From Myxococcales bacterium (GTDB lineage: Bacteria; Myxococcota_A; UBA9160; UBA4427), in the NCBI GenBank assembly GCA_012959665.1, contig DUCT01000187.1:27598-74066 (forward strand): a stretch of 46,469 bases of DNA. The letters run 5' to 3'. A model generated the notes under the pieces. That model made no database searches. It was not told where the DNA came from and saw only the letters and a program-made list of their open reading frames with translations. Shown here piece by piece: positions 7,284 to 18,417 of the stretch. Position numbers and translations under genes: made by a program. Every line of letters starts with the position of its first letter. Within the stretch, counting starts at the first letter, position 1.

Positions 7284-8708
7284 ATGGATCTATCGCGCCG
7301 CGTCAATACGGACCCCCGCCGGGCCCTGCCTTCTGTTCATCGGCTGATCGAAGCCATGGCCTCAGGGCATCCCGAGATCCCCCGCTGGGCAGCCTCGGAA
7401 GCGGCGCAGCGGCTCGTCGCGGCGGCTCGTCTGACGCTGGATGCCCGGCCACCGGGTTCGGATGGCTCGGAAGGAATCCCCTCGGGGGAAAACGCGTGGC
7501 TTGTGAGCGTGGCAACCCTGGCCGAGGAATTGTCCGGACCGCGCCCCCAGCGGGTGATTAATGCCACGGGAATCGTGCTCCACACGAATCTGGGTCGTGC
7601 CCCCATGGCGCCTGGCGCTGCCGAGGCGGCCGCCCGAGCCGCCGGTGGTTACACCGATCTCGAACTTGATCTCCAGCGCGGCGAGCGTGGCAACCGATTG
7701 GAGGGGGCTGCGCTTCGCCTGACGCTTTTGACTGGCGCCGAGGCGGGCTATGTCTGCAACAACAACGCCGCCGCACTGGTTTTGGCCCTCAACACCCTGG
7801 CCAAGGGTCGCCAGGTGGTGGTTTCCCGGGGCGAACTGGTTGAAATCGGAGGCTCCTTCCGGATTCCGGAGATCATGGAGCGCGCGGGGGTCGAACTGGT
7901 GGAGGTTGGCTCGACCAATCGCACCCATTTGCGCGACTACGCCCAGGCGATTGGCCCCGAAACGGCGATGTTGTTGAAGGTTCACCGCAGTAATTTCGAG
8001 ATTCGGGGCTTCGTCAAGGACGTGGGGTTGGGAGAACTCGTCGAACTCGGCGCCGCCCACGGAATTCCGGTGGTGGAGGATTTGGGAAGCGGAACCCTTG
8101 TGGATCTGGGGCGTCACGGATTTCCCGCCGAGGCATTCGTGCCCGGACGGATTGCCGAAGGACCCGACTTGGTCTGCTTTTCAGGCGACAAGCTCCTGGG
8201 GGGGCCCCAGGCCGGGATCGTTGTCGGTCGGTCGGCGCCTGTGGCGGCGCTGGGAGAGAATCCTCTGGCCCGGGCCCTGCGCCTGGACAAAATGAGCCTG
8301 GCCGCTCTCGACTGGACACTCGGTGCCTATCTGGAGGGCCGCGCCGAGGCCGAGGTACCTGTTTTGAAGCAGATTCTTCTCTCGCCGGACGCGCACGAAG
8401 CGCGAACTCGGGCTTTTGCGCACCAAATTCTCGAGGGCGGTGTGACCCGGGATTTGAAAGTGGATCTCGAGGTGATTCGCGATCGGGTTCCCGTGGGTGG
8501 CGGATCTCTCCCGGGTTTCGAGTTGGACAGCTGGGCGATCGCGCTTCGGGGCGGGGACGGGGCGGAGACCTTGGCGGCTCGCCTGCGTGCCGGCCGGGCT
8601 CCGGTTCTTGCGCGGGTTCGGGACGGATCGCTCCGGATCGATCTTCGGGCGGTGGACGAAGCCGAGACCCCCCGACTCCTTGCGGGTATATACGATGCAC
8701 TCCATTGA
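7284..8708 (+). CDS. selA: L-seryl-tRNA(Sec) selenium transferase (selenocysteine synthase)
   Basis: RVINATGIVLHTNLGRAP, NNNAAA, SRGELVEIGGSFRIP, EDLGSG, PLP-lysine motif FSGDKLLGGPQAG, GGGSLP. Confidence 0.97.
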   Translation: MDLSRRVNTDPRRALPSVHRLIEAMASGHPEIPRWAASEAAQRLVAAARLTLDARPPGSDGSEGIPSGENAWLVSVATLAEELSGPRPQRVINATGIVLHTNLGRAPMAPGAAEAAARAAGGYTDLELDLQRGERGNRLEGAALRLTLLTGAEAGYVCNNNAAALVLALNTLAKGRQVVVSRGELVEIGGSFRIPEIMERAGVELVEVGSTNRTHLRDYAQAIGPETAMLLKVHRSNFEIRGFVKDVGLGELVELGAAHGIPVVEDLGSGTLVDLGRHGFPAEAFVPGRIAEGPDLVCFSGDKLLGGPQAGIVVGRSAPVAALGENPLARALRLDKMSLAALDWTLGAYLEGRAEAEVPVLKQILLSPDAHEARTRAFAHQILEGGVTRDLKVDLEVIRDRVPVGGGSLPGFELDSWAIALRGGDGAETLAARLRAGRAPVLARVRDGSLRIDLRAVDEAETPRLLAGIYDALH

Positions 8709-8789
8709 AGCCCCTCACGCGGTCCTGTACTTTTTGAATTCGCGCGCGTCGCGCGAAAGAGTTCTCAGGCCGCATAGGGGGCGCTTGGG

Positions 8790-9764
8790 TTGATAAGAGT
8801 CCAGCCCAAATTGACTTCGCCACTCCAGGCCGGCTCTCTGCCGACACGGGTGCCACGACTTATCGCCATTGGTGGCGGTAAGGGGGGTGTCGGCAAGACA
8901 TTTGTGACCACGAACGTCGCCATCACCCTCGCACGGATGGGCCATCGGGTAGTGGCGATGGATGCCGATTTGGACGGCGCGAACCTCCATACCTGCCTGG
9001 GGGTCGCCAACCCCGAAATCAGCCTGGCGGATTTCGTGGCGGGGCGTGTGAATGAACCCGCCAAGCTTCTGATTCAGACGCGCGAATCGAATCTTCAGCT
9101 GATCGCGGGTACGCACTCCAATCTGCATCAACCCCAGCCCGACAAGACCCGGCGGGTTGAGTTGTTGCGCGGCCTCCGCCGTCTAGACACAGACTACGTT
9201 CTGATCGATCTGGGCGCGGGAAGTCAGCCCGCGGCGCTCGATTACTTCCTGGTCGCGAATGAGGGGTTGCTGATCATGCGACCCGAGCCGACCTCCGTGG
9301 AAAATGCCTACTCGTTTCTGCGCGCGGCCTTTTATCGGCGACTGCGTTTGGCAGCGCGTGGCCACGGTGTGCGGGAATTGGTCGAGGAAGCCACGGACCA
9401 GCGCAACGAGAAGGGGATTCGGACGCCCCACGACCTCATGCGCGAGATCGAGGCGATCAGCCCAGTGGAGGGCCGACGGTTGATGCACACCATGCGAGCT
9501 TTTCGCCCTAGGGTCGTTGTGAATGAAGCGCGGACCGCTGCCGATATCAAGCTGGGCTTTGCGGTGGTCAGCGTCTGCGAGAAATTTTTCGGCTTCAAGG
9601 CCGATTACCTTGGCTACGTGAATTACCAGAACGAGGCCCGGGAGTCGGTCTCGGCCCGCGAGCCTCTATGCGACTACAAGGCGGATTCGGACGCAGCTCG
9701 TTACCTGAGCCGTATCGCCGCAAAACTTGCCGGTGTTCCCTTAAGCCGGAGGGGGGAACCTTGA
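8790..9764 (+). CDS. MinD/ParA/FlhG-family P-loop ATPase
   Basis: Deviant Walker A GGKGGVGKT, DADLDGANLHTCLG, IDLGAG, PEPTSVENAY; start uncertain. Confidence 0.88.
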   Translation: MIRVQPKLTSPLQAGSLPTRVPRLIAIGGGKGGVGKTFVTTNVAITLARMGHRVVAMDADLDGANLHTCLGVANPEISLADFVAGRVNEPAKLLIQTRESNLQLIAGTHSNLHQPQPDKTRRVELLRGLRRLDTDYVLIDLGAGSQPAALDYFLVANEGLLIMRPEPTSVENAYSFLRAAFYRRLRLAARGHGVRELVEEATDQRNEKGIRTPHDLMREIEAISPVEGRRLMHTMRAFRPRVVVNEARTAADIKLGFAVVSVCEKFFGFKADYLGYVNYQNEARESVSAREPLCDYKADSDAARYLSRIAAKLAGVPLSRRGEP

Positions 9765-9807
9765 CTCAATCGGAACTCAGGCGCGTTCCTGCTCTCGAGG
9801 ATTCAAC

Positions 9808-10446
9808 TTGCTAGGCCTCAACGAACTCGACTATTACGAGGTCCTGGAGGTCCCGAGGGACGCCTCTCTCGAGGAGATCGACCGAGCCTACCAAATCCTT
9901 CACGAAGCCTACGCGACCGAATCCCTCGCGCTCTATTCGGTATTCAGCGAAGGGGATGCGGAACTGATGCGGGACCGTGTCGAAGAGGCCCACCGCGTCC
10001 TGTCGGATTTTGAACTCCGCCGGGAGTACGATGCGTCCAGCCCCAAGGCGCCGGGAGGCGTGCCCGTGGCAGGGGATACACGGGTGGGGGGGAACGATGG
10101 CTGGGAGGAGGTGTCACCCCTTGGAAGTTCGCCAACACTGGGGGAGCAGATGGAAGAGCCCGAGGACGGGAATTGGAATGGGGACCTCCTGCGCAGGGCC
10201 CGCATTCATGCGGGCATAGAACTCGAGCAAATCGCCGAGATCACAAAAGTCGGTATTCGAACCCTGCGTCTGCTTGAAGACGACGCTTACGAAGACCTTC
10301 CGGCGACGGTTTACGTCCGTGGCTTTGTGACCGCCTATGTGCGCACGATCGGAATCGAATCGACCCGGGCAGTCGCCAGCTACATCCAACACCTTGAAGA
10401 GTCCCGGCTCGATGAGGGCCGAGGTCGTTTCCTCGGTCGTCGCTGA
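9808..10446 (+). CDS. J-domain-like N-terminus plus RodZ-type (XRE/HTH_25) helix-turn-helix protein
   Basis: DYYEVLEVPRDAS.EEI..AY...EAHRVLSD..LRREYD; C-terminal GDLLRRAR...LEQIAEITKV...LPATVYVRGFVTAY; GAGGA Shine-Dalgarno 6 nt before TTG. Confidence 0.8.
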   Translation: MLGLNELDYYEVLEVPRDASLEEIDRAYQILHEAYATESLALYSVFSEGDAELMRDRVEEAHRVLSDFELRREYDASSPKAPGGVPVAGDTRVGGNDGWEEVSPLGSSPTLGEQMEEPEDGNWNGDLLRRARIHAGIELEQIAEITKVGIRTLRLLEDDAYEDLPATVYVRGFVTAYVRTIGIESTRAVASYIQHLEESRLDEGRGRFLGRR

Positions 10447-10475
10447 ACCCTTGCGGCTTCCTGGGGGCTGATCCC

Positions 10476-11468
10476 ATGGCGGGAAGTGATGGGTGCGCGG
10501 GTGATTCTGCCGCCGGGTCCGATGCCGAGGGATTGAGTTTCGTGGTCGGTCCAGATCTGGGCGGGCAGCGAGTCGACCAGGCTTTGGCGGAACTCTGCGG
10601 AGTCCCCCGAGCCCAGGTGTCCCGCTGGATCACAGGGGGCCGAGTTCGGGTCGACGGCAAGACGGTGGAGCGAGGGAGCCGCCGGGTTCGGGAAGGTCAC
10701 CACCTGCAAGCGGAGCCGCCCGAAGCTCCCGAAGCGCGGGTTATCCCCGAGGCGATTGCCCTGGACATTCTCTTTGAAGACGCGGACCTCGTGGTGGTGG
10801 ACAAGCGTGCGGGAATGGTGGTTCACCCGGCGCCCGGACATGCGAGCGGCACATTGGTCAATGCGCTTCTTCACCATTGCGGTTCCCTCCCCAGTGTGGG
10901 CGGAGTGCTGCGGCCCGGCATAGTTCATCGACTCGATCGGGGAACCTCGGGCGTGATGGTGGTGGCCAAGAACGATTTTAGTCACAGGGTGATCGCCGAA
11001 CAATTTCACGATCACTCCATCGAGCGAATCTACCGGGCGGCGGTTCGGGCCGTGCCGACGGTGGGGAGCGGTCGGGTTGACCGACCCATTGGTCGGCATT
11101 TGCGCGACCGCAAGAAGATGAGTGTTCGCTCGCGTTCGAGTCGTCCGGCGGCGACACGCTGGAGGGTGATCGAGCGCTTCCCCGGGGCCGGGGTCGCCTG
11201 GCTTGAGATTCATCCGGAAACCGGGCGCACCCATCAGATCCGGGTTCACCTTGCTTCGATTGGCCTGCCGGTGTGCGGGGATCCCGTCTACGGACGGTCG
11301 CGCAAGCGTCCGCATAGCGGGGTTGCTCCGATTTTGAGGCCGGCCCTGCACGCGGCTGTGCTCGGGTTCAAGCATCCCCGTAGCGGGCGGAGCGTGCGCT
11401 TTGAGTCGCCCCTGCACGCCGATCTCGCGGATTTTCTGGACCGACTTCGCCGGGGGGAGGAAGCGTGA
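10476..11468 (+). CDS. rluD: RluA-family 23S rRNA pseudouridine synthase with S4 domain (RluD-like)
   Basis: S4 domain, KRAGMVVHP, RPGIVHRLDRGTSG (catalytic Asp), TGRTHQIRVH, GDPVYG, LHAAVLGF; coupled to pgeF. Confidence 0.9.
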   Translation: MAGSDGCAGDSAAGSDAEGLSFVVGPDLGGQRVDQALAELCGVPRAQVSRWITGGRVRVDGKTVERGSRRVREGHHLQAEPPEAPEARVIPEAIALDILFEDADLVVVDKRAGMVVHPAPGHASGTLVNALLHHCGSLPSVGGVLRPGIVHRLDRGTSGVMVVAKNDFSHRVIAEQFHDHSIERIYRAAVRAVPTVGSGRVDRPIGRHLRDRKKMSVRSRSSRPAATRWRVIERFPGAGVAWLEIHPETGRTHQIRVHLASIGLPVCGDPVYGRSRKRPHSGVAPILRPALHAAVLGFKHPRSGRSVRFESPLHADLADFLDRLRRGEEA

Positions 11469-12145
11469 ACGGCGATTCCGCCCCGGTGCCAGGGTTTCTC
11501 CGACATCCTTTGCTAGCGGATCGGGGCGTCGACCACGGTTTCGGAACTCGGGCGGCATTGGCCCCTTCCGGACTCGCGCGCCCGCGTCAGGTGCACGGGG
11601 TGAACGTCGCCCGTGCGGTCAATGGCGGTCAACTCGACCGAGAAGAGGCCGACGCTGTGATCTCCCATCGGCCGGGGGTTGGGATTGGAATCGTGACGGC
11701 AGATTGTGTCCCCATTTTGCTGGCGTCCCAGTCCGGGGGCGCGGTGGCGGCAATCCACGCGGGCTGGCGGGGGTTGGCGGCGGGCGTGGTGGAATCCGGT
11801 CTGGGGGCTCTGCGGGAGGTGGCGAAGCCGCAGGAGGAAATCGTGGCGGTGATTGGCCCGCATATTGGGCGCTGCTGTTACGAGGTGGACGCTCCGGTAA
11901 TGGACCCGCTTCACTTACGCTTCGGTGCGGCCCTCGAACCGGCGAGCGCATCGTCGCGCCCAGGCCACCACCGGTTGGATCTGGGCCAACTGGTTGTCGC
12001 CGACCTGATCCGGTCGGGGATTGAATCCGAGTCGATTGGCATTCTCGCCGAGGCCTGCACCGCGTGTGGGGTCGACCGCTTTCATTCCTATCGCCGAGAG
12101 GGGTCCGGCGCCGGTCGGCTTATCCATTACATCCAACCCCGATGA
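11465..12145 (+). CDS. pgeF: PgeF/YfiH (laccase-domain) purine nucleoside phosphorylase family protein
   Basis: HGFGTR, QVHG, EADA, TADCVPILL, HAGWRG, GPHIGRCCYEV, CTAC...FHSYRR. Confidence 0.93.
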   Translation: MNGDSAPVPGFLRHPLLADRGVDHGFGTRAALAPSGLARPRQVHGVNVARAVNGGQLDREEADAVISHRPGVGIGIVTADCVPILLASQSGGAVAAIHAGWRGLAAGVVESGLGALREVAKPQEEIVAVIGPHIGRCCYEVDAPVMDPLHLRFGAALEPASASSRPGHHRLDLGQLVVADLIRSGIESESIGILAEACTACGVDRFHSYRREGSGAGRLIHYIQPR

Positions 12146-12174
12146 ACTCTACGGAACTCCCCGGGGCAAGTGCC

Positions 12175-12203
12175 TTGACAGGCTCCAGACCGGGTTCTAG
12201 CGT
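12175..12203 (+). promoter_or_regulatory. Sigma70-type promoter upstream of rho
   Basis: TTGACA (12175-12180), 17-nt spacer, TAGCGT (12198-12203). Confidence 0.65.
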
Positions 12204-12435
12204 GACTTCGACTTGGCCCCTCACCCAACTCAGACCCTTTCTGACCAGAGATTCGATGGGGTGAGCATGGGCTCCCGCCCCGCCGATCGGTGAGGGCAAC
12301 CCTGGGCCGATCCAACCCTTCCAAGCAATTCCGATTCCCCTTTCACAATCGTTTTCAGAAAGTCAATTCGCTGGGAGCCCGAAACGCGTGCTCCAGAGCG
12401 CTGGACCGATCCCTCCGGCAAGAGAGCCCAACTCA

Positions 12436-13893
12436 GTGAGCACAGACCGATCCGACGGAAAACCCGGTAAGGGCACACCCACTTCTTCGGGAAGCGGTCG
12501 GACCCGCCGTGGCCGCGGCCGTCGTTCGTCTACTTCGGGCACGCGTGGGGCGCGGGTGGAAACCGCCCAGCGCGACTATTTTCCCTCGGAGGCGGAACTC
12601 GCCAAAGAGGAGGCGGCATTGGTCGACGACGACGGCGCGGATCGCCTTGACATGCACAATCTCAAGGCCATGCCCCCCCCGGAGTTGCTCGAATTTGCCC
12701 TTGAGATGAAGATCGAAAATGTATCGGGGCTGCGCAAGCAGGATTTGATTTTCGAGATTCTGAACGCTCACGCCAAGAAAAAAGGCCGGGTCTTTACCGA
12801 AGGCGTACTCGAGATTTTGGAGGACGGCTTCGGCTTCCTCCGGGAACCGGATCAGAGTTATCAAGCGGGTCCAGACGACATCTACGTTTCGCCGTCTCAG
12901 ATTAGACGCTTCAACATTCGGACCGGCGATACAGTCGAGGGTCAGGTTAGGCCTCCCAAGGAGAACGAACGCTACTTCGCGCTGCTCAAGGTTGAGGCAA
13001 TCAACTTCGAAGCGCCGGAAAAGGCCCGGGCCAAGACTTCTTTCGACAATCTCACGCCCCTCTATCCAGAGGAAAAATTCAATCTGGAAACCGACGAAGG
13101 ATCGTTGACGCCGAGGATCATCGATCTGATCGCGCCCCTGGGCAAAGGTCAGCGCGCTCTCATTACGTCCCCTCCCAAGGCGGGGAAGACGATGGTTCTC
13201 AAGGACATCGCCAACTCCATTGCGGAGAACCACCCCGATGTCTACTTGATCGTCCTGCTCATTGATGAGAGACCCGAAGAAGTCACCGACATGCAGCGTA
13301 CGGTCAAGGCGGAGGTGATTTCTTCGACCTTCGACGAACCGGCTACGCGACACGTCCAGGTTGCTGAAATGGTGATCGCGAAAGCCAAGCGGCTCGTGGA
13401 GCACAAACGCGATGTGGTGATATTGCTCGACTCGATCACCCGGTTGGCACGCGCACACAACACGGTGGTGCCCCATTCGGGAAAGGTCCTCACCGGTGGG
13501 GTGGACTCCAATGCACTCCACAAACCCAAGCGATTCTTCGGGGCCGCCCGCAATGTAGAAGAGGGTGGAAGCCTGACCATCGTGGGGACGGCGCTGATCG
13601 AGACCGGATCGCGTATGGACGAGGTCATCTTTGAGGAATTCAAGGGAACGGGAAACAGTGAGCTTGTCCTGGATCGAAAGCTGGCGGACCGGCGTAGCTA
13701 CCCGGCCATTGACATCAATCGCTCGGCAACCCGGCGGGAGGAACTGCTCCTGAGCGAGAAGGCTTTGAACAGGATGCACATTTTGCGCAAAGTCTTGGCA
13801 CCCCTTTCTCCCGTGGATTCCATGGAATTTCTCCTAGGCAAGATCAAGGCTACAAAAAACAACGGTGAATTCCTGGAGTCAATGAATTCGTGA
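12436..13893 (+). CDS. rho: Transcription termination factor Rho
   Basis: [73 protein letters not shown]; start GTG 12436 chosen, in-frame GTG 12388 is an alternative. Confidence 0.97.
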   Translation: MSTDRSDGKPGKGTPTSSGSGRTRRGRGRRSSTSGTRGARVETAQRDYFPSEAELAKEEAALVDDDGADRLDMHNLKAMPPPELLEFALEMKIENVSGLRKQDLIFEILNAHAKKKGRVFTEGVLEILEDGFGFLREPDQSYQAGPDDIYVSPSQIRRFNIRTGDTVEGQVRPPKENERYFALLKVEAINFEAPEKARAKTSFDNLTPLYPEEKFNLETDEGSLTPRIIDLIAPLGKGQRALITSPPKAGKTMVLKDIANSIAENHPDVYLIVLLIDERPEEVTDMQRTVKAEVISSTFDEPATRHVQVAEMVIAKAKRLVEHKRDVVILLDSITRLARAHNTVVPHSGKVLTGGVDSNALHKPKRFFGAARNVEEGGSLTIVGTALIETGSRMDEVIFEEFKGTGNSELVLDRKLADRRSYPAIDINRSATRREELLLSEKALNRMHILRKVLAPLSPVDSMEFLLGKIKATKNNGEFLESMNS

Positions 13894-14010
13894 ACATGGG
13901 TCTGCCCAGAAGGGCGATGGTTCGCCGAGTACAAGGGTTGAATTGAGCCCAGCCCTCATGAAATACGGCGACTGGATTGGTCCGATCCGATGTAGTGGTG
14001 GTGTGATTTG

Positions 14011-15086
<1,076 letters not shown>

Positions 15087-15090
<4 letters not shown>

Positions 15091-15992
15091 CTGATCCGAC
15101 CCACACGGGAACGAGTGGCGATGAGCGAGTCTGGACGGTGCTCGATCTACTGAAGTGGACCACCGACCACTTCGCCACCAAGGGGGTCGACACTCCCCGC
15201 CTGGACGCGGAGCTCTTGCTCGCTCATGCATTGGGTCTGCGACGTCTGGATCTCTACCTGCGCTACGAGGAACCCGTAGCGGCTGAAGCCCGCGCCCACT
15301 ACCGGCAGCTAGTCGTTCAGCGAGCGGGCGAACGCATGCCTGTGGCGCTTTTGCTGGGGGAGAAGGAGTTCTGGTCGCTGCCCTTCAAGGTGACGAAAAA
15401 TGTTCTCACGCCGCGCCCGGATACCGAGACCCTGGTCGAAGCGGCCTTGGCCCGGCTTCCCGACGCCGAGCGCGCGTACTCGGTGCTCGACTTGGGGACG
15501 GGTTCCGGGGCCATCGCTCTGGCCCTGGCCCACGAGAAACCCCTGGCCCGGATCACGGCCACGGATCTCTCGCCCCTCGCCCTTGAGGTCGCGAGGCAGA
15601 ATGCCGAGGCCCTGGGCGCGGGCGAGTCCGTACGCTTTCTCGAAGGGGATCTCTTCGAGCCGGTTCGGGACGAGCTCTTCGACCTGATCGTCAGTAATCC
15701 CCCCTACTTGGCCCGGGCAAGCGCCCAGGCGCTCGCCCCGGAATTGGCCCACGAACCCGAGCAGGCGCTCTTCGGGGGGGATGACGGCTACGCGGTCCTG
15801 GGACGTCTGGCCGAGCAGGTGAGGCCCATGCTGGAAGCCGGCGGCTGGTTTCTGGTCGAGCTCGATCCGGGCCAAGCCGCGACGGTGGTCGGTTGGCTCG
15901 AGGCTGCAGGCTTGGGCGAGGCCACGATCTTGAAGGACTTGGCGGGCCGGTCCAGGGTGGTGGCGGTTCAAAATCGGTCTCAGCCGGCCTGA
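15087..15992 (+). CDS. prmC: Release factor glutamine methyltransferase
   Basis: [36 protein letters not shown]; ATGA overlap with prfA. Confidence 0.96.
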
Positions 15993-16261
15993 TTTGAGGG
16001 ACTCGATCCCGGCCTGTGAATCGCCGGGAAGCGCCCCGACCCGATGACCCGCGCCAGTCGCTGTAGCGGGCCGTGGCGGTTGCCGGGATCGGTGGCTACA
16101 CAAGGTCCGCAGCGGGCTCCAACCGTCCCAGGGGTGGGGAGCCAAGGGATGGCCTTTCGGCGGGGAAGGCTCGCCGCGGCCGCTGAGGCTGTGAAGAAGG
16201 CCTACGAACCGGCCCATGAGGCCGAGGGTCTGCCCCCCGGGGCGGGCCGAGGGAGCGCGAA

Positions 16262-16867
16262 ATGGCATCAAGTGGGGATTCGTGCCGCGAGGCAACGGTG
16301 GTGCGGGAGACCAAGGAGACCCGAATCAACCTCGAGCTGGCGATTGACGGCTCTGGGGAGTACCGAGTGGCCACGGGGATTCCGTTTTTCGATCACATGC
16401 TGGAGTCCTTTGCCCGGCACGCGCTCTTTGACTTGAAACTCGAGGCGGCGGGGGATACCGAGGTCGATTTTCATCATACGGTCGAGGATGTGGGAATCGC
16501 CCTAGGCCAGGCCTTTCGCGAAGCTCTCGGCAGCGCCGAGGGGATTCGCCGCTTTGGCTCCTTTGTGCTCCCCATGGCGGAGAGCAAGGTCGAGGTGGCG
16601 CTGGATATCTCGAATCGGCCCACGCTTTGCTACCAGGTCCCCCTCGAGAATGGCCGCATCGGAAATTTTGATGCCTCCTTGGCCGAGGATTTTTTCCACG
16701 CCTTCGCGCAGAACGCTGGGATCGATCTGCACATCGAGAAGCGTTACGGCCGCAGCCCGCACCATGTGGTCGAAGCGGCTTTCAAGGGCGTCGCTCGGGC
16801 CCTGCGCGAGGCGGCTTCGGTGGACCCCCGCGAGAAGGGTCTTCCCAGCGTGAAAGGTACGCTCTAG
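16262..16867 (+). CDS. hisB: Imidazoleglycerol-phosphate dehydratase
   Basis: RETKET, TGIPFFDHML, DFHHTVEDVGIALG, HHVVEAAFK, PSVKGTL. Confidence 0.97.
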   Translation: MASSGDSCREATVVRETKETRINLELAIDGSGEYRVATGIPFFDHMLESFARHALFDLKLEAAGDTEVDFHHTVEDVGIALGQAFREALGSAEGIRRFGSFVLPMAESKVEVALDISNRPTLCYQVPLENGRIGNFDASLAEDFFHAFAQNAGIDLHIEKRYGRSPHHVVEAAFKGVARALREAASVDPREKGLPSVKGTL

Positions 16868-16936
16868 GGCGATGACGGACGGGTGGGCCCGGGTGCGCAA
16901 GAGCGTTCCGGGTTTGGTCGGCCAAGGACGGGCTCA

Positions 16937-17584
16937 ATGAGTACAGCCGCGAAAGTGGCGCTGGTCGACTACGGGGCCGGCAACATACGCAGCGTCGCCA
17001 AGGCGCTCGAGCGCAGCGGCTTCGAGGTTGAGGTCACAGATTCGCCGTCGGTGGTCTTGGCCGCGGATGGAGTGGTGCTGCCCGGTGCCGGTGCCTTCGC
17101 GGATGCCATGGCGACCTTGCGCGCGCGCGGACTCGAAGAGGCGGTGAAGCAGACTGTTCAAGCGGGCCATCCCTATCTGGGCCTTTGCGTCGGTGTACAG
17201 GTGCTTTTCGAAGAGGGCGAAGAGCATGGCATCACGCCGGGCTTTGGAATCTTCGAGGGCCGGGTCGAGCGTTTCCCCGAGACGGACTCCGATGGCTCGC
17301 GCTTGCGGATTCCGCAGATCGGATGGAACGAAGTGCGCTTCCAAGGCGACCACCCGATGGTCGCGCACCTGCCCGAGCGAGATCACTACTACTTCGTTCA
17401 CTCCTACCGGCCCGTGCCGACGGATTCATCAGTGGTGGCAGGGATTTGTGACTACGGCGGAAACTTTGCGGCCGCGGTCGCAAACCAGTCCATCTTCGCC
17501 GTTCAGTTTCACCCCGAGAAGAGTCAGCAGGCGGGCAAGCGGCTTCTCGACGCCTATCGGAGCTGGGTGGAGGAAACACGGTGA
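16937..17584 (+). CDS. hisH: Imidazole glycerol phosphate synthase glutaminase subunit
   Basis: [40 protein letters not shown]; start trimmed to the ATG at 16937. Confidence 0.96.
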   Translation: MSTAAKVALVDYGAGNIRSVAKALERSGFEVEVTDSPSVVLAADGVVLPGAGAFADAMATLRARGLEEAVKQTVQAGHPYLGLCVGVQVLFEEGEEHGITPGFGIFEGRVERFPETDSDGSRLRIPQIGWNEVRFQGDHPMVAHLPERDHYYFVHSYRPVPTDSSVVAGICDYGGNFAAAVANQSIFAVQFHPEKSQQAGKRLLDAYRSWVEETR

Positions 17585-18417
17585 CGCTGCTCAAGCGAGT
17601 GATTCCGTGCCTGGATGTGGATAAGGGTCGAGTGGTCAAGGGCGTGAAATACGTTGACCACGTGGACTGCGGCGACCCGGTACAGGTGGCTCAACTCTAC
17701 GATGCCCAGGAAGCCGACGAGGTGACCTTTCTCGATATCACGGCGAGCCACGAAGAGCGGGGCATCCTGCTCGATATCGTTTCCCAAACCGCCGAGACGG
17801 TCTTCATGCCCTTGACTGTGGGGGGCGGCGTCCGTTCCCTGCAAGATATTCGCGACCTGTTGAACGCCGGCGCCGACAAGGTTTCGATCATGACCGCTGC
17901 GGTGCACAATCCCGACCTCGTCGCCGATGCCGCGGCGAAAATCGGAAGCGCGAACCTGGTGCTGGCGATTGATGCCCGGGCGGTGCGAGATGAAAGCGAT
18001 CGCCCGGTGCCCGGGCGCTGGGAGGTCTATACCCATGGTGGTCGCCGGCCCACTGGGATCGACGCCGTCGAGTGGGCGGGCCGAATGGCCGAGGCCGGGG
18101 CCGGCGAAATATTGCTGACCAGCATGGATCGCGATGGGACCAAGAGTGGCTATGACCTGGCGTTGCTGCGCGCAGTTTCGGATCGCGTTCGAGTGCCCGT
18201 GGTGGCCTCCGGAGGAGGGGGGAGCGCTGACGATCTGGCCGCTGCGCTGAGCGATGGCCCGAACGGCGGCCATGCCCAGGCGGCCTTGGCGGCTTCAATT
18301 TTTCACTTCGGTGAAGCGACTGTGGGGGAGGTCAAGCTTGCACTCCTCGATCTGGGGATCGAGGTCCGCCCGCCCTCGCCCGATGCCAGCCAGGAGCGGA
18401 GTTCCCCCGGCCGCTGA
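17581..18417 (+). CDS. hisF: Imidazole glycerol phosphate synthase cyclase subunit
   Basis: [56 protein letters not shown]. Confidence 0.97.
   Translation: MTLLKRVIPCLDVDKGRVVKGVKYVDHVDCGDPVQVAQLYDAQEADEVTFLDITASHEERGILLDIVSQTAETVFMPLTVGGGVRSLQDIRDLLNAGADKVSIMTAAVHNPDLVADAAAKIGSANLVLAIDARAVRDESDRPVPGRWEVYTHGGRRPTGIDAVEWAGRMAEAGAGEILLTSMDRDGTKSGYDLALLRAVSDRVRVPVVASGGGGSADDLAAALSDGPNGGHAQAALAASIFHFGEATVGEVKLALLDLGIEVRPPSPDASQERSSPGR

Noticed and set aside
12433-13779. 448-aa antisense ORF over rho, and similar long shadow ORFs (2514-3680, 14014-15231, 33800-35620)
   Set aside because: Antisense to well-conserved genes; expected from high-GC codon bias; no recognisable motifs
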